Part shown: piece by piece, positions 62,219 to 64,000 of the stretch
How positions within the stretch are numbered: position 1 is the first letter of the stretch
Layout of the letters: every line of letters starts with the position of its first letter
Origin: Amphiscolops sp. MND2022
Lineage: Eukaryota
Length of the DNA stretch: 64,000 bases
Direction of reading: 5' to 3'
NCBI GenBank assembly: GCA_964187785.1
Contig: OZ076409.1
Location: 89,714,001 to 89,778,000, forward strand
Notes under the pieces: generated by a model
Seen by the model: the letters and a program-made list of their open reading frames with translations, nothing else
Told to the model about the DNA's origin: nothing
Database searches by the model: none
Made by a program: the position numbers and the translations under genes

Positions 62219-63399
62219 TTCCGTGAAACTGCGTTAATTGATTGCTTAGCCCTGGATGAAACTGTCTGGCAATTTGAAAGATTAACTTGTAATATGACTC
62301 CAAACTGTAATCTCATTTCCATTTTTGCCTGGAATTAATGAATCAATGCTGTGCCATCTTGTTGTTTTCCAAATTTCCGCCTGTTTGTTTCTGAAGGTGA
62401 GCTCACAATGAAGTTAAGAACAATATTTCTAGTTGTTATCTACAATCTTTCGTCTTTGTATTTCTCTGCCGTAGGTTGTATGGCCGAACGGTAATAAAAT
62501 TCAGAATAAATTTCTAACAGAACAGAATCGAAAACTTAATTTTGAATCGGTTTAAAAACTTCCATGTGTGATAATCTTCTCGTGTGCGGTCTTCATTTAT
62601 GACCACAGAGTCATTTAGATTGATGTTTTGTATGCTCAAAGGTTGCATTGGCGTTCTAAGTTCGTTTAAATTAGATGGCCTGAAAGGATTATCCTGTATC
62701 TCACATTCTTGATTTTCTGGCTCAGATGCGGTTTCTTCACCGTCTTCATTACTTGTGTATTTCGAAGTTCCTGCTCTGGGGGTGCTTTGTTCTCGATATC
62801 TCCTGTTTGGTACGGACTGTGTTCTTCTGTTACTTTTCATCTTTTTCAGTATTTTCTCTAATTTTTCATCCATTTCTTTTCTTAAGTTTGTACTTCTTTG
62901 TTCGTTTTATCTGTTATTCTTTGGGTCCAAATTTGCATTTCGTTTTCATTTTGTGTTCCGCTATCTAGAGTTATTTCTTCGTCCCTAACTGAGCTAACAT
63001 TTTCAAAGTTACTTAAAGTTTCTATAACAGTTTCATTACCTTGTGATGTCTCTAGTTCTGATGTGCTCAACTCTCTCTCAAGTGAGGGTGATTGTCCTCG
63101 TCTAGATCTCCTATTTCTCTTGTTACCCATTTTGGCCAGGTTAAAATGCAATGTTGGAGAGAAGAATTTTAATTAAGTTTGAGAAGCAAAGTAAAATCGG
63201 GTTGAAATGAGATTGAAGAAAATGTGCATAACGTTGAATTATCGAAGTTGAAACAAAGGTTGTGAAGATGAAAAGAGGGGTCTGATCAGTCTGGAAGTTT
63301 TCTGTTGAATGAATATTATTGGGTTCCTTACTCTCCTTTTTAATTTGGGCTATATTTAGCAGCATGACAACCAATTTTTGGAATCTCACGGTTACATCA
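62219..63399 (-). mobile_element. Putative LTR-type element relic: TGATGTAAC start plus basic N-terminal ORF (MGNKRNRRSRR...)
   Basis: Frameshifted ORF pieces 62882-63151 and 62514-62873 lie behind a TGATGTAAC-initiated segment. The same architecture is seen at 40976-41616. No catalytic domain is present. Confidence 0.4.
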
Positions 63400-64000
63400 C
63401 GATTATGTAATTACTAAAAATAGTACCCAATCTGATATAAAAATAGGTTTGTAAGTTACATAACTTCTATAAATAGATTCCTGCATGACGAATATTTTCC
63501 TGTGTTTTGATTGGTCAACACACTAACTGCATCAATCCGTTCATCGTTTTAATGAGAAAAATGTGGCAACACGTAGTATGACTCATATGTAATGCAAGTG
63601 TTAATTTCAACATAATGTAGCACGTATGATTAAGTCAACGTAATGAGTCATACTTCTAAAAGATATAATTGAGTTGAAAAAAGCAATATTGTACTGCAAT
63701 ATGCTGCAAACTCAGTGCGGCAGATTAACTCAAATATTAAAGTCCTTACGTACTAATGCATCATACAAATCATGCATAATTTATTCATTTCACTACAAAT
63801 CATGTTGAGCGGTATTATACATCAAATATGTTAACACCTTGTAACATTTAGTGAATTGTTTATGAATGGGTATTATTTTACGAGCACAGTTAACTAAAAT
63901 AGCAAACAAATTTAAATAATGCTGGTGTAAAAAAATCAAATATGAATTCATGCAAAGCAAGTTTCAAGAAGTGATGAGTTTTCTTCAGTTTGAAATAGTA

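Overview
AT-rich, intron-containing eukaryotic (metazoan-type) DNA. It holds two recognisable host genes, both on the minus strand. CCT6 (TCP1-zeta) is complete, with 2 coding exons and 534 aa. BBS7 has 5 exons reconstructed, and its 3' end runs off the window start. The rest is nested, mostly decayed mobile DNA and kb-scale tandem duplications. BBS7 intron 3 is 21.8 kb and contains three things: a six-unit 0.9-2.3 kb array carrying SGNH-hydrolase-like relics, a four-unit ~1.48 kb array, and a young GalEa-type Ty1/copia element with only 72/73-bp LTRs. Elsewhere there are three Helentron/HINE-like elements (one carrying a tRNA-like Pol III module), Tc1/mariner and Mutator-type MITEs, a second copia family with a templated insertion, Gypsy/LINE/RLE relics, a foldback element and an internally deleted hAT. 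All protein-family calls come from motif recognition by eye. No database searches were run, and identity figures are rough visual estimates.
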